58,437 nt of DNA from an uncultured Candidatus Poseidoniales archaeon (lineage in GTDB: Archaea > Thermoplasmatota > Poseidoniia > Poseidoniales > Thalassarchaeaceae). The notes beneath the pieces were generated by a model. That model made no database searches and was not told the DNA's origin. It saw only the letters and a program-made list of their open reading frames with translations. Shown one piece after another: positions 56,652-58,437 of this stretch (position 1 is the stretch's first letter; every line of letters begins with the position of its first letter). Both the position numbers and the translations under genes were made by a program. Location: positions 8,134 to 66,570 of the forward strand of contig CAZKVK010000003.1 of the NCBI GenBank assembly GCA_964556195.1, read 5' to 3'.

Positions 56652-57182
56652 TTGGACGATGATGTTAGGATTAGGGTCAATGTCGAAACTCAGACCTTCC
56701 GTTTCATCCCCAGCAAGCCAATCAATCATAATGACGCGGTTAAACTCGCAAAGGGCATCAAATCGGGGCCTTGGGTTGTAATTAGTCACAAGGAACCTAG
56801 GGCGACTTTCGTGGTGGAGGAGTCAGGTAGCGTTTTAGTTCACGGAATTGCTAGATTAGAGGTTGCCCGATTGGTCATGCAAGAACTTCTCCTAAGTCTT
56901 GGAATGTCTGAAGAAGGATTGCACTCAGAAGCAGGAGATATGTTGGTTAGTTTCTCATTCGGCCGAGCGGTTCTGTTAGACTTGGCAGCGGCGCGATTTG
57001 CGGATGTGAAAAAAGATGAGCGAGTCGGTTGTATTCGCATAGATGCAAATAGGCATAACTGCAATCTTTTGGTATTCAATAATGGCCACGGAGTAGTAAC
57101 CGGACAATCCTCCAAACGAGTCGCCGAGATGGCAGTTCGCCATTGGGGCGCTCAGTTAGACGAGGAAGGCGCATTGGCATGA
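56652..57182 (+). CDS. Divergent TATA-binding-protein (TBP)-fold protein
   Basis: Two TBP-like repeats recognised by eye (EPRATFVVEESGSVLVHG and NLLVFNNGHGVVTGQSS); probable TTG start at 56652 (ORF track start 56601). Confidence 0.6.
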   Translation: MDDDVRIRVNVETQTFRFIPSKPINHNDAVKLAKGIKSGPWVVISHKEPRATFVVEESGSVLVHGIARLEVARLVMQELLLSLGMSEEGLHSEAGDMLVSFSFGRAVLLDLAAARFADVKKDERVGCIRIDANRHNCNLLVFNNGHGVVTGQSSKRVAEMAVRHWGAQLDEEGALA

Positions 57183-58072
57183 GTTTCATCGTCGACAGGC
57201 ACTGGACGGGTCCAGTTGTCGACCAACATATTCACCTAGACCGCTCGAACCGTTATCTATCAGCCATCGAAGAATTCGTTCGGGTTGGCGGAAGTGGAAT
57301 AATGCTGGTTCACAAACCCGGTTTTGGTGGAAGGTTACCCCTCGACAAAGATGGCTATCGTCAAGCATATTCTGAAACCATTTTGATGGCTGAGGAAGTC
57401 AGAGAAAAATTTGCGATTACTGTCGGAGTTGTACTCGGTCCTCACCCAGTTGCTTGGGAACATCAAATCTTAGATTTAGGAATTGATAGAGCTAGTGAAT
57501 TGCACCTTGAATCGGTCGATCTTGCTCTCGAATTGATTGAGGAAGGAAAGGCCCATTGCCTTGGTGAGGTTGGAAGGCCACATTACCAAGTTAGTGAGGA
57601 AACTTGGTCGGCAGCAAATGAAAATCTCTCCCAGATTATGGCTGAAGCCGCCACTTCCAAGGTTCCAATTCAATTGCACGTTGAGGATGCTGGCGCTCAA
57701 ACCTATACTGAAATATCCCAAATGGCGATCCAGGCAGGTCTTCCTATTGAGCAGACGATTAGGCACTATGCCCCTGCAGATGTATCATCGAATTTCACCC
57801 ATGACCTGCCCTGCACGGTTAGCGTTGGTCGAGGCAGTGTGGAGGGCTTGATATCGACTCATGAAAAAGCATCAGCACCATGGGGGATGGAAACGGATTT
57901 TCTGGATGATCCTAGGCGACCTGGTGCTGTTCTCGGGCCCAAGACAATTCCGAAAAGAACCGACGAATTATGTTCTGCTTTATTGGCTGAATATGAACAG
58001 GATGAAGTAGAAAATCTGCTCTTCAAAATACATTCGGAATGGCCGAGTAAATTGTATGGCATACAATTTTAA
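57179..58072 (+). CDS. tatD: TatD-family metal-dependent hydrolase
   Basis: DQHIHLD, GPHP, LGEVGRPH, QLHVE and METDFLDDP motifs; ATGA overlap with the upstream gene. Confidence 0.88.
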   Translation: MSFIVDRHWTGPVVDQHIHLDRSNRYLSAIEEFVRVGGSGIMLVHKPGFGGRLPLDKDGYRQAYSETILMAEEVREKFAITVGVVLGPHPVAWEHQILDLGIDRASELHLESVDLALELIEEGKAHCLGEVGRPHYQVSEETWSAANENLSQIMAEAATSKVPIQLHVEDAGAQTYTEISQMAIQAGLPIEQTIRHYAPADVSSNFTHDLPCTVSVGRGSVEGLISTHEKASAPWGMETDFLDDPRRPGAVLGPKTIPKRTDELCSALLAEYEQDEVENLLFKIHSEWPSKLYGIQF

Positions 58073-58278
58073 TTTCCTTCACCAAATGGAGACTTCAGTT
58101 GGGGTGTGAATGTCAACATACCTCCTATTACAAACAATACTAGGAATCCGAAGAATAGTTGCAAATCACCCCAAGGTAGGGTGTAGCCTAGTAACTCCAA
58201 GACCATCTTCCAAAGTGGTAAATTGATCGGTAAGAAGATGAATAACATCACTATACCTAGCCGCTGCCTTAGAAGCAT
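58069..58278 (-). CDS. Small membrane protein
   Basis: 69 aa with two TM helices; convergent 4-nt overlap with tatD. Confidence 0.55.
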   Translation of the reverse strand: MLLRQRLGIVMLFIFLPINLPLWKMVLELLGYTLPWGDLQLFFGFLVLFVIGGMLTFTPQLKSPFGEGN

Positions 58279-58377
58279 GAGCAGGCGAATCGTCCTTCCT
58301 TATTGAAATTCAGTAGTCTGCGATGCTCACCTTTCACACCGAATCGGTCAAAGAGTAGTCCTCTTTGGGCGAACCGC

Positions 58378-58437
58378 GCGTCCGTGGTGTAGGGGTAGCA
58401 CAAGAGGTTTCCAACCTCTTTGCCCGGGTTCAAATCC
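58378..58437 (+). tRNA. tRNA-Gly(TCC), truncated by the window end
   Basis: GCGTCCG-TG-GTGTAGGGGTAGCAC-A-AGAGG-TTTCCAA-CCTCT-TTGC-CCGGG-TTCAAAT-CC... Confidence 0.93.

Noticed and set aside
58350-58366. AAAGAG-TAGTC-CTCTTT inverted repeat upstream of tRNA-Gly(TCC)
   Set aside because: A 6-bp AT-rich stem is within chance expectation
1-58437. Remaining short ORFs in the six-frame track that overlap assigned genes; mobile elements
   Set aside because: The short ORFs are shadows of well-supported genes; no transposase, integrase or viral hallmark motifs were recognised

Overview
Archaeal chromosomal window of about 52 genes, mostly housekeeping and catabolic. It is most consistent with Marine Group II Euryarchaeota (Ca. 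Poseidoniales). This is an inference from the thermosome, Cdc6/Orc1, Bud32, DUF3860-like genes, secreted peptidases and thrombospondin-repeat surface proteins, alongside many bacterial-type enzymes. Contents in order: pyrG; a chaperone cluster (divergent thermosome, Hsp20-like, dnaK); M17 and M14 peptidases and agmatinase; two large membrane-anchored surface proteins; tRNA-Gly(GCC); Mrp/ApbC; a PAP2 fusion; nadA; bud32; an ITPase; an acyl-CoA catabolic cluster with a BoxB-like diiron epoxidase and a half-size BoxC-like crotonase; a GGR-like and a phytoene-desaturase-like flavoprotein, a ferredoxin, moaE and moaC; glpX plus class I aldolase; small wHTH proteins; a CoaD-DUF359 fusion; cdc6; a CysJ-like reductase; biotin carboxylase; an aSelBL-like protein; TatD; and a truncated tRNA-Gly(TCC). 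I found no CRISPR array, transposase or integrase. Best leads: (1) a BoxB/BoxC-like aerobic aromatic-CoA epoxidation module in an archaeon with no boxA beside it; (2) an unassigned ~320-nt GC-rich structured RNA candidate with a textbook K-turn upstream of coaD; (3) a highly divergent TBP-fold protein in an operon with TatD; (4) an Mrp/ApbC lacking its Fe-S-binding CxxC; (5) a tRNA-Gly with an A1-U72 pair. All family assignments come from motif recognition by eye; no searches were run.
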